Origin: Clostridia bacterium | GTDB taxonomy: Bacteria; Bacillota; Clostridia; Christensenellales; Aristaeellaceae | Direction of reading: 5' to 3' | Length of the DNA: 58,519 nucleotides | Assembly: GCA_030537395.1 (NCBI GenBank) | Contig: JAUNMW010000001.1 | Coordinates: 1-58,519, forward strand | The notes under the pieces: generated by a model | What the model saw: the letters and a program-made list of their open reading frames with translations, nothing else | Told to the model about the DNA's origin: nothing | The model's database searches: none | Made by a program: the position numbers and the translations under genes | Shown: piece by piece, positions 8,546-17,618 of the stretch | How positions within the stretch are numbered: the stretch's first letter is position 1 | Layout: each line of letters opens with the position of its first letter

Positions 8546-9793
8546 TTATCCCGCCCAAAAGGGAACGGGATGAATGGTGTTGTCTTCCTTGGGTTTCAGC
8601 GCGGCAAAGGCGGAATCCGTCAGCACGATGCCCCGCTGCAGGATATTATGCCCGTATCGGCGCCGAAGATCATCAATGGTTTGATCCAGCCGTTCCTTTT
8701 TCATTCGCTCCCGGGGGTCCTCCGCAAAGGATAATTGCATGGGCGCGGTAACAGGACTCAGATGAGAACAGGAAAGGCCCACGCTGCGCAGGGGCAGGCG
8801 ATGGGTAAATTGCCGCGCAAACAGAGCGTATGCCCCTTCGGCGATCTGAGAAGTGATATCCGTGGGTTCGTTCAGCATGGTCTGGCAGCTGCCGGTGGAC
8901 AGCTCCGTGGTACGGGCCGAAATGCTGACGCAGCGTGCGCGGAAACCGTGCTGCCGAAGCCGGGCCGCCACGCTTTCCGCCAGCAGATAATAAACGCATT
9001 TGGCCTCCTCCGCCGTTTGGATATCGTGGGGCGTGGTGGTGCTGTTTCCGATGGATTTGATGGCCGCCGCGGCGGTGACGGGCATCACGGGAGAGGAATC
9101 CAGCCCCAGGGCGAAGGCCTGCAAAAGCAATCCGTTTTTGCCAAGGAGCATTTTCAGCAGCCCGCTGTCCGCCCGGGCCAGATCGCCGATGGTAAAGATA
9201 TTTACCCGGGCCAGCTTCTTCGTGGTGGCGGGTCCTACATACAGCAGGTCCCTCGCGGGCAGCGGCCATATTTTTTCTTTGAAGCTTTCCGGATAGATGG
9301 CTGTGGTGCCGTCCGGTTTTTTGAAATCGCTTCCCAGCTTGGCAAAAATTTTGTTGTCCGCCACGCCGATGGATACGGAAATGCCCAGCTCCTTTTTCGT
9401 TCGCTCCCGCAGGGTGTCCGCCAGCAGCCGTCCCTGCCGGATATCCCTTGCTTCGCCGGACACATCCACCCAGTTTTCATCCAAGCCGAACGCTTCCACC
9501 CGATCCGAGTATTCCTCCCAGATGGCGCGCATCATTTCTGAAAAATGGACGTACAGATCGTAATGGGGCGGCACCGTGATCAGCCCTGCGCAGGCCTGCC
9601 GGGCCTGCCATATCGCTTGCCCTACCTTCACGCCCATCCGCTTGGCGGGGTAATTGGCCGTGAGCACGATCCCGTGCCGGGCCTCCGGGTCCCCGCAAAC
9701 CGCTACGGGCTTGGAGCGGATGGACGGATGATACAGACATTCCACCGAGGCATAGAAGCAATTGGCGTCCACATGCAGAATGACCCGTTTCAC
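8546..9793 (-). CDS. dinB: DNA polymerase IV (Y-family)
   Basis: Motifs include ILHVDANCFYASVE and SIGVADNKIFAKLGSDFKKPDG. I prefer the GTG start at 9793 (MKRVILHVD, with SD GAAGGTGA). The track start at 9802 is also possible. Confidence 0.9.
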   Translation of the reverse strand: MKRVILHVDANCFYASVECLYHPSIRSKPVAVCGDPEARHGIVLTANYPAKRMGVKVGQAIWQARQACAGLITVPPHYDLYVHFSEMMRAIWEEYSDRVEAFGLDENWVDVSGEARDIRQGRLLADTLRERTKKELGISVSIGVADNKIFAKLGSDFKKPDGTTAIYPESFKEKIWPLPARDLLYVGPATTKKLARVNIFTIGDLARADSGLLKMLLGKNGLLLQAFALGLDSSPVMPVTAAAAIKSIGNSTTTPHDIQTAEEAKCVYYLLAESVAARLRQHGFRARCVSISARTTELSTGSCQTMLNEPTDITSQIAEGAYALFARQFTHRLPLRSVGLSCSHLSPVTAPMQLSFAEDPRERMKKERLDQTIDDLRRRYGHNILQRGIVLTDSAFAALKPKEDNTIHPVPFWAG

Positions 9794-9812
9794 TCCGTTC
9801 ACCTTCTAAATG

Positions 9813-9826
9813 AGAACAAAAGTTCT
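9813..9826. promoter_or_regulatory. LexA (Cheo-type) SOS box
   Basis: This is a perfect palindrome, AGAAC-AAAA-GTTCT, matching the Gram-positive GAAC-N4-GTTC core. It lies 13 nt downstream of the -10 of the dinB promoter. Confidence 0.7.
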
Positions 9827-9839
9827 CTTTCTAATTGTC

Positions 9840-9868
9840 ATTATACCCATAGATCGCGCCGTTGTCAA
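9840..9868 (-). promoter_or_regulatory. Consensus sigma-70 promoter of the dinB operon
   Basis: The minus strand reads TTGACA (9868-9863), a 17-nt spacer, then TATAAT (9845-9840). Both hexamers are perfect. Confidence 0.7.
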
Positions 9869-9999
9869 TGGCGATTTTTGGTCGTACAGGAGCAAAAATG
9901 GTTCTGCCAGCGCGGGAGCGAAAATGCGGCGGGAAAAAGAAAAATGCCCTGAAATCAATCAGAGCACGATGGATGATAGAATCCATTGGAGGATAAGCT

Positions 10000-10695
10000 T
10001 TATTTTTGATCTGGATTCTGCTGAAATACCAATCCGCTGTCGATATTCAGGATATGGGCGGCGTCGTTGAAAAGCTCGATGCGGGGATGCACGTATTCGC
10101 CTTTCCGCACGGGGAATTCCAAAATGATAATAGAGGTGAATTCATAGGGCAGCACCGTGCATACATAGGGGAAGGGGAGCGCCAGCAAATGGGACAGCAC
10201 GCAGGCTCCCGAGCCCCCGTGGCTGAACACGGCGATGGTTTTGGCTTGATCCGTATCGCAGAAGAATCGGTTTCCTTCGTGCCGATACCCCTGAGAAAGC
10301 AGCAGCTCGTCGAATTGGGGACCGATTGCATCCAAATACTGCAGGGCGGCATTTTTCTCAAAGTAAGGATGCTTCCGCCAATCCTGGGAATAGAAATCGA
10401 AATCTTCTTTGGCGATCATCCAATCGCTCAGGGTCCAGGGGTGGCCGTTTTCGGGCACATCCGGTCCGCCCCAGGATATTTCATGCATAAAATCCAGCGT
10501 TGTAATGGGCAGCCCCAGGCGATCCGCGGTAAAGGACGCCGTTTCCCGGGCCCGGCCTTGGGGCGAAGAATAGATTTCTTCGATTCCCTCTCGTTCCAGG
10601 CGGCGGGCTGCGGCCTCCGCCTGCTTCTTTCCGGTTTCCGTCAGGCAGTCCAATTCGTAATTGGGTTCCCCATGCCGCACAAAAATGATCCGCAT
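10000..10695 (-). CDS. Histidine phosphatase family (phosphoglycerate mutase-like) protein
   Basis: The start is MRIIFVRHGEPNY, containing the RHG catalytic motif. The SD is GGGAGGAAG. The 75-codon N-terminal extension in the track ORF is low-complexity and overlaps the upstream gene region. Confidence 0.85.
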   Translation of the reverse strand: MRIIFVRHGEPNYELDCLTETGKKQAEAAARRLEREGIEEIYSSPQGRARETASFTADRLGLPITTLDFMHEISWGGPDVPENGHPWTLSDWMIAKEDFDFYSQDWRKHPYFEKNAALQYLDAIGPQFDELLLSQGYRHEGNRFFCDTDQAKTIAVFSHGGSGACVLSHLLALPFPYVCTVLPYEFTSIIILEFPVRKGEYVHPRIELFNDAAHILNIDSGLVFQQNPDQK

Positions 10696-10753
10696 AGCTT
10701 CCTCCCGCAATGTACTGTTTTTGTCCCGATACATGCAGCCGCCCTTTGACGGC

Positions 10754-11800
10754 TTATTGTTCCTTCCATGCCTGCCATGCTTCCGCGTGCAGCCTGCGGC
10801 GGAAGGGGAACAGGGCGGTGGTGTTCCGGGTGGGGTACACCCGATTGGTGAGCAGCAGCACCCAGAAGCCGGATTCCGGCTCCACAAGCAGGCTGGTGCC
10901 GGTAAAGCCCGTATGGCCAAAGCACCGGTCCGGCACGAAGGGAGAGAAGAAACAGCCTTCGCTGCCGGCGATCTGGAAGCCCAGGCCCCGGTGTTCCTCC
11001 TGGCCGAGGGTATAATTCTGAATGGCTTTTTTCATGGTTTCTTCCTTCAAAAAGCCTTTGCCCATTTGACTCAGCATCCCCGCGAAGCGGATGCCGTCGC
11101 ACAGGGGCATGAACACCCCCGCGTTGCCGGAAATGCCCCGCAGGAACCGGGCGTTTTCATCGTGCACCACGCCGATGATGGGCTTTCCGGTCTCAGGGTT
11201 GATTTCCGTGGCGGCGCACTGGGAATCGGGAGAAGGACAGTAGCCCGTTTCCGTCATGCCCAGGGGAAGGAATACCCGTTCCTTTGCCAGTTCGTTCAAG
11301 GGCTTCCCGAACCGCTTTTCCAGCATTTTTGCCAGCAGGATAAAGCCCATGCAGGAATAAATGGGCCGCACGCCGGGCTTTTCATCCAAGGGATAATGGA
11401 GGATGCAATCCACCGCTTCCTCGGGAGTTTTCAGCATTTTGTCCAGCCGGAAGGAGGGATTGAAGCCGCCGGTGTGGGTCATGAGCATGAACACGGTAAT
11501 ATCCCGCTTGTCCTCCGGCGCGTCGGGAAAAAAGTCCTTCACCGCTTCATTCGAGGACAGCGTTCCGTCCTCCATCGCCTTCAGCGCCACCATGGTGGTG
11601 CCCAGCACTTTGGACAGGGACGCCATGTCCCATTTGGTGTGAGCGTTCACAGGCCGATCCCCCGGCAGGGGAGCTTCCCCAATGAACGTCTGGGCCAGCA
11701 CAGCTTCTTTTACCCCGATCGCGGCAGCCGCGGCGGGAAAACAGCCCGTTTTCTGCCCTTCCGCCAGCATGGAAGATAAATAGGATTGAAAATCAAACAT
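10754..11800 (-). CDS. Serine hydrolase, beta-lactamase/transpeptidase-like fold (class C-like esterase or PBP4*-like)
   Basis: It carries the SxxK motif in MASLSKVLG and an HTG box in FGHTGFTG. The SD is GGCAGGAGGAA. Confidence 0.85.
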   Translation of the reverse strand: MFDFQSYLSSMLAEGQKTGCFPAAAAAIGVKEAVLAQTFIGEAPLPGDRPVNAHTKWDMASLSKVLGTTMVALKAMEDGTLSSNEAVKDFFPDAPEDKRDITVFMLMTHTGGFNPSFRLDKMLKTPEEAVDCILHYPLDEKPGVRPIYSCMGFILLAKMLEKRFGKPLNELAKERVFLPLGMTETGYCPSPDSQCAATEINPETGKPIIGVVHDENARFLRGISGNAGVFMPLCDGIRFAGMLSQMGKGFLKEETMKKAIQNYTLGQEEHRGLGFQIAGSEGCFFSPFVPDRCFGHTGFTGTSLLVEPESGFWVLLLTNRVYPTRNTTALFPFRRRLHAEAWQAWKEQ

Positions 11801-11835
11801 GTATGGGTTCCTCCTGCCTGTTGCTTGCTGTTTTC

Positions 11836-11864
11836 ATTATAGCTCATTTCTATTTCCATCGCAA
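11836..11864 (-). promoter_or_regulatory. Sigma-70-like promoter for the serine hydrolase / phosphatase pair
   Basis: The minus strand reads TTGCGA (11864-11859), a 17-nt spacer, then TATAAT (11841-11836). Confidence 0.55.
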
Positions 11865-11930
11865 GAGATTGTAAAATGTAAATAATCTGAAACAATTTTG
11901 AAGCAATTTCTTTTCATTTGTCCAAACCTG

Positions 11931-11939
11931 TGGTATACT
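11931..11939 (+). promoter_or_regulatory. Possible extended -10 (TGgTATACT) for polA
   Basis: TGGTATACT lies about 50 nt upstream of the polA ATG. The -35 is weak. Confidence 0.35.
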
Positions 11940-11989
11940 GCAATTGAATATGTGTGCCGGGAGAAAAGCCCGGCTGATGAGGTGATCGC

Positions 11990-14530
11990 ATGCGGGAAAC
12001 GCTATTGGCCGTGGACGGAAACAGCCTGATGCATCGGGCGTTCCATGCGCTGCCGCTGATGGATACCAACGGGATTTACACCAACGCCGTGCACGGCTTT
12101 TTATCCATGCTGTTAAAGGCCGCCCAGGATCTGTCGCCCCGGTATATTGCGGTGGCGTTTGATTTGCCGGTTCCCACATTCCGGCACACGGCCTATGCCG
12201 ATTACAAGGCGGGCCGCCGGGCTATGCCGGAGGAAATGCGCCCCCAATTCCCTCTGATCAAGGAGATTTTGGGGGATATGAAGCTGGGTGTGCTGACGGC
12301 GGAAGGCTACGAGGCGGACGATATTTTGGGCACCCTGTCCCGCTTGTGCCGGGAAAACAATCTGGACTGCGTGCTGCTCACCGGCGATAAGGATGCCCTG
12401 CAATTGGTGGGGGATGGCACCAAGGTGCTGTTTACCCGCAAGGGTATCACGGAAAGCACCCTGTTTGACGCGGCGGGCGTGAAGGAGTATTTCGGCGTGA
12501 CCCCGGAGCAGGTGACGGACTGGAAAGGCCTGATGGGGGATACCAGCGACAATATTCCCGGCATTCCCGGCGTGGGCGAAAAAACGGCGGTAAAGCTGCT
12601 GAACGAGTACGGCACGCTGGAAAACGTGCTGGCTCATGGGTCGGACATCAAGGGCAAGCTGGGCGAAAAGGTGCGGGACAACGCGGAACTGGCCCAGTTT
12701 TCCAAGGATTTGGCTACCATCCGGCCCACGGCCCCCATTGATTTTAATTTGAATGCATTTGACGCTTCCCATATGGCGGATGGCTTGCCCACTTTGCGGA
12801 AATATCAATTGAACGGCATCGCGGGAAGAATCGAAAAACTGAGCCCCGAGGCAGCGGCGGCCCAGGAAGCGGAAGCGCCGGACATGGAATTTACCCAGGA
12901 AACACTGGCAACCGCGGAAGAAATCGCCGCGTTTTTGGAAGCGGCCCAGGATCAGCCCACCGCCCTGCACGTGACGCCGATTCGTATGACGGTTGCGTTC
13001 CCCGGCAGGCTGGCGGATATTCAATTGCAGCAGGATATGCTGTCCCCCGGTTTGCTGCCGGAGGAAGCCTGGCAGGCGTTAACGCCGCTTTTATCCCGGA
13101 AAATCTATGTGCACGACGGCAAGGCCCTGCTGCGCCAATTGGCGGATTTGAATTTGCCCCTGCCGGAATTTGCCTGGGATACCATGCTGGGGGCCTATCT
13201 GCACAATCCCCAGGAAAAATCCTACGCCCTGTCCGGCTTTGCCCGGGAGGACGCGGCGGGCGTGCTGACGCTGGCCATGCAGCAGGAAAAGCAATTGACA
13301 GAGGAAGGCATGCTTTCCCTCATGCGGGAAGTGGAAATGCCTCTGCTGTACGTGCTGTTCGATATGGAGCAGGCCGGGTTCCAGGTGGATGGAAACGTGC
13401 TTTCCGCCCTAGGCGCGGAGTTTACCAAGGAAGCGGAAGAATTAAAGGAAGAAGTGTACCGCCTGACGGGGGTACGCGGCTTCAATTTGAACAGTACCCA
13501 GCAATTGGGCAAGGTGCTGTTTGAGGATTTGAACCTGCCTCACGGAAAAAAGACCCAGAAAGGCTATTCCACCGACGCGGACACGCTGGAAAAGCTCATT
13601 GATCAGCACCCCTGCATCGCGCCGATTTTGAAATACCGTCAGGTGGTGAAGCTGAACAGCACCTATATCGACGCGCTGATTCGCAAGATGGACGCCACGG
13701 GCCGGGTGCACAGTTATTTTGATCAGACCGGCACCGCCACGGGCCGCATTTCCTCCAGCGAACCCAATTTGCAGAATATCCCCGTTCGCACGGAAATGGG
13801 CCGGGAGATCCGCAAAGCGTTCATTGTAAAACCGGGCTGCATCCTGGCTGACGCGGACTACAGCCAGATCGAGCTGCGTGTGCTGGCTCATTTTTCCGGG
13901 GACCATGCCATGGTGGACGCGTTCCAGAAGGGCCAGGATATCCACACCCGCACGGCGGCGGAGGTGTACGGGGTTCCCATGGAGGATGTGACCAGGGAAA
14001 TGCGCTCCAGCGCCAAGGCGGTGAATTTCGGCCTGGTGTACGGCATCAGCGAATTCGGCCTGGCCCGGAACATCGGCGTTTCCCGCTGGGAGGCGGCAGA
14101 CTTTATCGCCCGTTACTTTGACCGCTATCCCGGCGTGAAGAAATTCATGGATGAAGCGGTGAAAAAGGGCTACGATCAGGGCTACGCCGTGACCATGATG
14201 GGCAGGCGGCGGCAATTGCCGGAGCTGAAATCCAGCAACGGCAACGTGCGCAATTTCGGCGAACGCGCCGCTATGAATACCCCGGTGCAGGGCACCGCGG
14301 CGGATATTATCAAGCTGGCCATGGTACGGGTGCACGACGCGCTGAAAAAGGAAGGTCTGCAGGCCCGGCTGATTCTGCAGGTGCACGACGAATTGCTCAT
14401 CGAGGCCCCCAAGGAAGAAGAAGAAACGGTGTCCCGCATCCTGCGGGACTGCATGGAGCAGGTTTATAAGCTGGCTGTTCCGCTGGTGGCGGAAGTGAAA
14501 ACTGGCGCAAGCTGGTACGAAACCAAGTGA
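11990..14530 (+). CDS. polA: DNA polymerase I
   Basis: The N-terminus is a 5'-3' exonuclease domain (LLAVDGNSLMHRAFHAL). Pol motif A is DYSQIELRVLAH, motif B is RSSAKAVNFGLVYG and motif C is QVHDEL. Confidence 0.95.
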   Translation: MRETLLAVDGNSLMHRAFHALPLMDTNGIYTNAVHGFLSMLLKAAQDLSPRYIAVAFDLPVPTFRHTAYADYKAGRRAMPEEMRPQFPLIKEILGDMKLGVLTAEGYEADDILGTLSRLCRENNLDCVLLTGDKDALQLVGDGTKVLFTRKGITESTLFDAAGVKEYFGVTPEQVTDWKGLMGDTSDNIPGIPGVGEKTAVKLLNEYGTLENVLAHGSDIKGKLGEKVRDNAELAQFSKDLATIRPTAPIDFNLNAFDASHMADGLPTLRKYQLNGIAGRIEKLSPEAAAAQEAEAPDMEFTQETLATAEEIAAFLEAAQDQPTALHVTPIRMTVAFPGRLADIQLQQDMLSPGLLPEEAWQALTPLLSRKIYVHDGKALLRQLADLNLPLPEFAWDTMLGAYLHNPQEKSYALSGFAREDAAGVLTLAMQQEKQLTEEGMLSLMREVEMPLLYVLFDMEQAGFQVDGNVLSALGAEFTKEAEELKEEVYRLTGVRGFNLNSTQQLGKVLFEDLNLPHGKKTQKGYSTDADTLEKLIDQHPCIAPILKYRQVVKLNSTYIDALIRKMDATGRVHSYFDQTGTATGRISSSEPNLQNIPVRTEMGREIRKAFIVKPGCILADADYSQIELRVLAHFSGDHAMVDAFQKGQDIHTRTAAEVYGVPMEDVTREMRSSAKAVNFGLVYGISEFGLARNIGVSRWEAADFIARYFDRYPGVKKFMDEAVKKGYDQGYAVTMMGRRRQLPELKSSNGNVRNFGERAAMNTPVQGTAADIIKLAMVRVHDALKKEGLQARLILQVHDELLIEAPKEEEETVSRILRDCMEQVYKLAVPLVAEVKTGASWYETK

Positions 14531-14532
14531 TG

Positions 14533-14644
14533 AGAGTACAGAGTTCAGAGTGCAGAGTACAGATAATATAGGGAATGAGTCTGCTGGACGATGAATGAGA
14601 ACATCAAACTTTATCTGAACTTTGTACTCTGAACTCTGTTCTCT
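14533..14644. repeat. Palindromic intergenic element built from GTNCAGA heptamers, copy 1
   Basis: The left arm (14533-14566) and right arm (14611-14644) are 30/34 complementary around a ~44-nt loop. The arms consist of 4-5 tandem GT(A/T/G)CAGA units. A second copy lies at 17887-17994. It sits directly after the polA stop. Confidence 0.7.
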
Positions 14645-14671
14645 TTTCGATCTTATGAAGGAAAAATCGCA

Positions 14672-15289
14672 ATGAGTAAGTATGTCATCGGTTTAACTGG
14701 CGGGATCGCCTGCGGGAAAAGCAACATTTCCAGGGCGCTGAAGGAAGCGGGCGTGCCCGTGATCGACGCGGATGAAATCTCCCGGAATGTAACGGCCATG
14801 GGAGGCCCCGCTCTGCCCGCCATCCGGGAAAAATGGGGGGATCAGGTGTTTGATGGGGACGAATTGAACCGCCGTGCCCTGTCGGACATCGTGTTTGCCG
14901 ATCCCCAGGCCCGGGAAGCGCTGAACGCCATCATTCATCCCATGGTGCTATCCGAAATCCATCGGCAGATGGACGAAACGGACGGCCCTGTGGTGATGGA
15001 CGTGCCGCTGCTTTTCGAGGTGGGCATGGATTCCTGGTGCCAGGAAATCTGGTGCGCCTACGTGCCGCAGAAGGAGCAGGTGCGCCGGGTGCGCAAACGC
15101 GGGAAAATCACCTATGCGGAGGCCCTGCGCCGCATCCATTCCCAAATGCCGGTGATGGAAAAACGGAAGCGGGCGGATCATGTGATCCGCACCACGGGCA
15201 CCAAAGAGGAAAGCGGCCGACGGGCGCTCGCTTTATGGCAGGACGCGGTAAAAAGAATCAATGAAGCCAAAGGAGACGCTCATCCATGA
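14672..15289 (+). CDS. coaE: Dephospho-CoA kinase
   Basis: It has the P-loop GLTGGIACGKSN at the N-terminus, and its size and layout are typical of CoaE. Confidence 0.9.
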   Translation: MSKYVIGLTGGIACGKSNISRALKEAGVPVIDADEISRNVTAMGGPALPAIREKWGDQVFDGDELNRRALSDIVFADPQAREALNAIIHPMVLSEIHRQMDETDGPVVMDVPLLFEVGMDSWCQEIWCAYVPQKEQVRRVRKRGKITYAEALRRIHSQMPVMEKRKRADHVIRTTGTKEESGRRALALWQDAVKRINEAKGDAHP

Positions 15290-16002
15290 ATTATCCACCT
15301 CCCACGTCGCCCGCTCCCGCCGCTGCGCGGAACAGGCGATCCGGCAGAACGCCCGCCAACAGGAAAAAACGCAAAAGCGGGTCCGGCTTTTCCCTGTGGC
15401 AATGGGCGGTGCTGGCCCTGCTGCTGATAGGGCTCATTTACGCCGTTTTGCGGCTGGGCCAGGCCAATGCCAGCCTTTCCCAATTGTATCAAGAAAGGCA
15501 GTTGGCCCAGGAAAAATATGAGCAGACCGTGCGGAATCATCAGGTGAAATATCGGGACCTGATCGAAAAGTACAGCGCGGAATATAACCTGAACCCTGCC
15601 TTCGTGTCCGCCATCATCATGCAGGAGAGCGGCTATGATCCCCGGGCGGTGAGCAGCAAGGGGGCCATGGGGCTGATGCAGTTCATGCCCAACACTTTTG
15701 ACTGGGTGAAAAAGAACTGCGGCTACCGCAGCGCCGACGTGGATGTTCTGTACCAGCCGGAGGCGGCCATCAAAATGGGCTGCTATCTGCTGAATTACAT
15801 CACCAAGCAGTTAAGCAGCGACGATCCGGTGCTGGTGGCCTGCGCGTATCACGCGGGCTGGGGCAACGTGCCCGCCTGGATCGAAAACTATTCCACAGAC
15901 GGGAAAACCCTGGCCGTTTCCCAGATTCCCAAATCCGATACGCGAACCTACGCGGGAAGGGTGTTGAATTCCTATGCGATCTATTTGCAGCATTATTATT
16001 AA
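15286..16002 (+). CDS. Membrane-anchored lytic transglycosylase (SLT domain)
   Basis: It has an ATGA overlap with coaE, an N-terminal basic tail plus a TM helix, and the SLT motif MQESGYDPRAVSSKGAMGLMQF. Confidence 0.85.
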   Translation: MNYPPPTSPAPAAARNRRSGRTPANRKKRKSGSGFSLWQWAVLALLLIGLIYAVLRLGQANASLSQLYQERQLAQEKYEQTVRNHQVKYRDLIEKYSAEYNLNPAFVSAIIMQESGYDPRAVSSKGAMGLMQFMPNTFDWVKKNCGYRSADVDVLYQPEAAIKMGCYLLNYITKQLSSDDPVLVACAYHAGWGNVPAWIENYSTDGKTLAVSQIPKSDTRTYAGRVLNSYAIYLQHYY

Positions 16003-17533
16003 AGCGTTGGCTGTTTTGCTGGCGCTGTCCTTTTTATGCCCCGCGGCCCTGGCCACCACCATGGATCAGAGCCTGTCCCTGGGCATGATTTCCGTCAAAA
16101 CCAACAGCCTGAACCCGCTTACTTCGGTGGAGCGGGAGTTTCAGTCCCTGACGGCGCTGATCTACGAGGGCTTGTATTCCCTGGACGACGACGGCATGCC
16201 TCAGCTTTGCCTGGCCCTGTCCTGCGATTCCACCACCGACGGCAAGCGATGGACCGTGCGCCTGCGCAAAGACGTTCTGTTTCATGACGGAACTCCCTGC
16301 ACCGCTTATGACGTGGAAGCCACCATCAATGAGATCCTGCGTTTGGCCGCGGAGGGCAAAGGGCAGTACAACCAATTGCAGTACATCATCAGCAGCGTAT
16401 CGGTCAACAGCGCCGATTCTTTGACGATTACCGTCAAGCGGCCCTATTACGGCGTGTATTTTGCGCTCACTTTTCCGATCCTGCCCCGGGATCAGGTGCA
16501 GGCTGCTGAGCCCGCGGGTACGGGCCCTTTCAAGGTGGATGAATTCCTCCCCGCCAATTATCTGTATCTTTCCGCCAATGAAAACTGGTGGAACGGCGCG
16601 CCAATGGTGAAAGATGTAAACGTATCCTTCCGCGCGACCAACCGGGAGTTGATTTCGGACTACGAATACAACCGCATCGACGCGGCCATTACCCGATCCG
16701 CCTCCGCCGGACAGTACCAGACGGGCCTGACCAACCTGAACATTACTTATCGGACCCGTCAATTGGAAACATTGCTTCTGAGCCACAGCGCCAACGCGTA
16801 CCCCCTGGACAACGAACTGGTGCGGAAAGCCATTCGCTATGCCATTGATTTTGATGCCATCGCCAATTCGGTTTATATGGGCATGGCCAGCCGCACGGAC
16901 ACCCCGCTGCCCGCTGGTACCTGGATGTACAAGGACAATGAAAGCGCTTTCCAGTATAACCCGCAGAAGGCTAAAGAGCTGCTGGCCCAAGCCGGATGGG
17001 AACGGGATATCGACGGCGATGGCGTGCTGAACCAGGTGGTAGGCGACAAAATGAAGCGCCTGCGTCTGCGCCTGTATGTGTATGAAGAACAGGATAATTC
17101 CGTTCGCGTGCAGGTGGCGGGCATGATCAAGGATTATCTGGCCGCCGTGGGCATTGAGGTGGGCATTGAAACCTACAGCTTCGCCACCGTGGCCGAACGA
17201 TTGAAGGCCAGGAATTTTGATATGGCTATCGCCGCTTTCCAAATGGACGTGGTGCCGGACCCTGGCTTCATGCTCATGAGCGGCAATACCGGCAACTACT
17301 GCGGCTATAAATCCACCACGATGGATAATCTGTTCAAAAAATTCCGGGAACAGCGGGACTTTGCTTCCTACCGCCAGTTTCTGTGGGATATCCAGGACCA
17401 GTTTGCGGAGGACTGTCCGTTCATCTGCATGTGGTACCGCTGCGGCGCGCTGCTGACCCGGAAAGTATTCACCACCGTACGGGATGTTCGGGAACCGGAG
17501 ATCCTGCGCGGGATTGAGGCGATCGGAAGATAA
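15974..17533 (+). CDS. Family-5 ABC substrate-binding protein (peptide/nickel type), orphan
   Basis: It has a signal peptide, and its length and composition are typical of SBP_bac_5 (DppA/OppA-like). It overlaps the SLT gene by 29 nt. No permease or ATPase genes are adjacent. The family call is from general resemblance only. Confidence 0.75.
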   Translation: MRSICSIIIKALAVLLALSFLCPAALATTMDQSLSLGMISVKTNSLNPLTSVEREFQSLTALIYEGLYSLDDDGMPQLCLALSCDSTTDGKRWTVRLRKDVLFHDGTPCTAYDVEATINEILRLAAEGKGQYNQLQYIISSVSVNSADSLTITVKRPYYGVYFALTFPILPRDQVQAAEPAGTGPFKVDEFLPANYLYLSANENWWNGAPMVKDVNVSFRATNRELISDYEYNRIDAAITRSASAGQYQTGLTNLNITYRTRQLETLLLSHSANAYPLDNELVRKAIRYAIDFDAIANSVYMGMASRTDTPLPAGTWMYKDNESAFQYNPQKAKELLAQAGWERDIDGDGVLNQVVGDKMKRLRLRLYVYEEQDNSVRVQVAGMIKDYLAAVGIEVGIETYSFATVAERLKARNFDMAIAAFQMDVVPDPGFMLMSGNTGNYCGYKSTTMDNLFKKFREQRDFASYRQFLWDIQDQFAEDCPFICMWYRCGALLTRKVFTTVRDVREPEILRGIEAIGR

Positions 17534-17565
17534 AGTCGATTAGAAAATTGGAAGATGAAACTGTA

Positions 17566-17618
17566 GAAAGGCTCACGCATACAATGCCCTTATAGGGGGT
17601 GATGTGCGTGAGCCTTTC
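17566..17618 (+). promoter_or_regulatory. Long hairpin covering the ylmC start codons
   Basis: GAAAGGCTCACGCA(t)ACA (17566-17583) pairs with TGTGCGTGAGCCTTTC (17603-17618), giving 14+3 bp. The G-rich SD (17594-17600) lies in the loop. The candidate starts (ATG 17602, GTG 17608) lie in the 3' arm. Confidence 0.5.
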
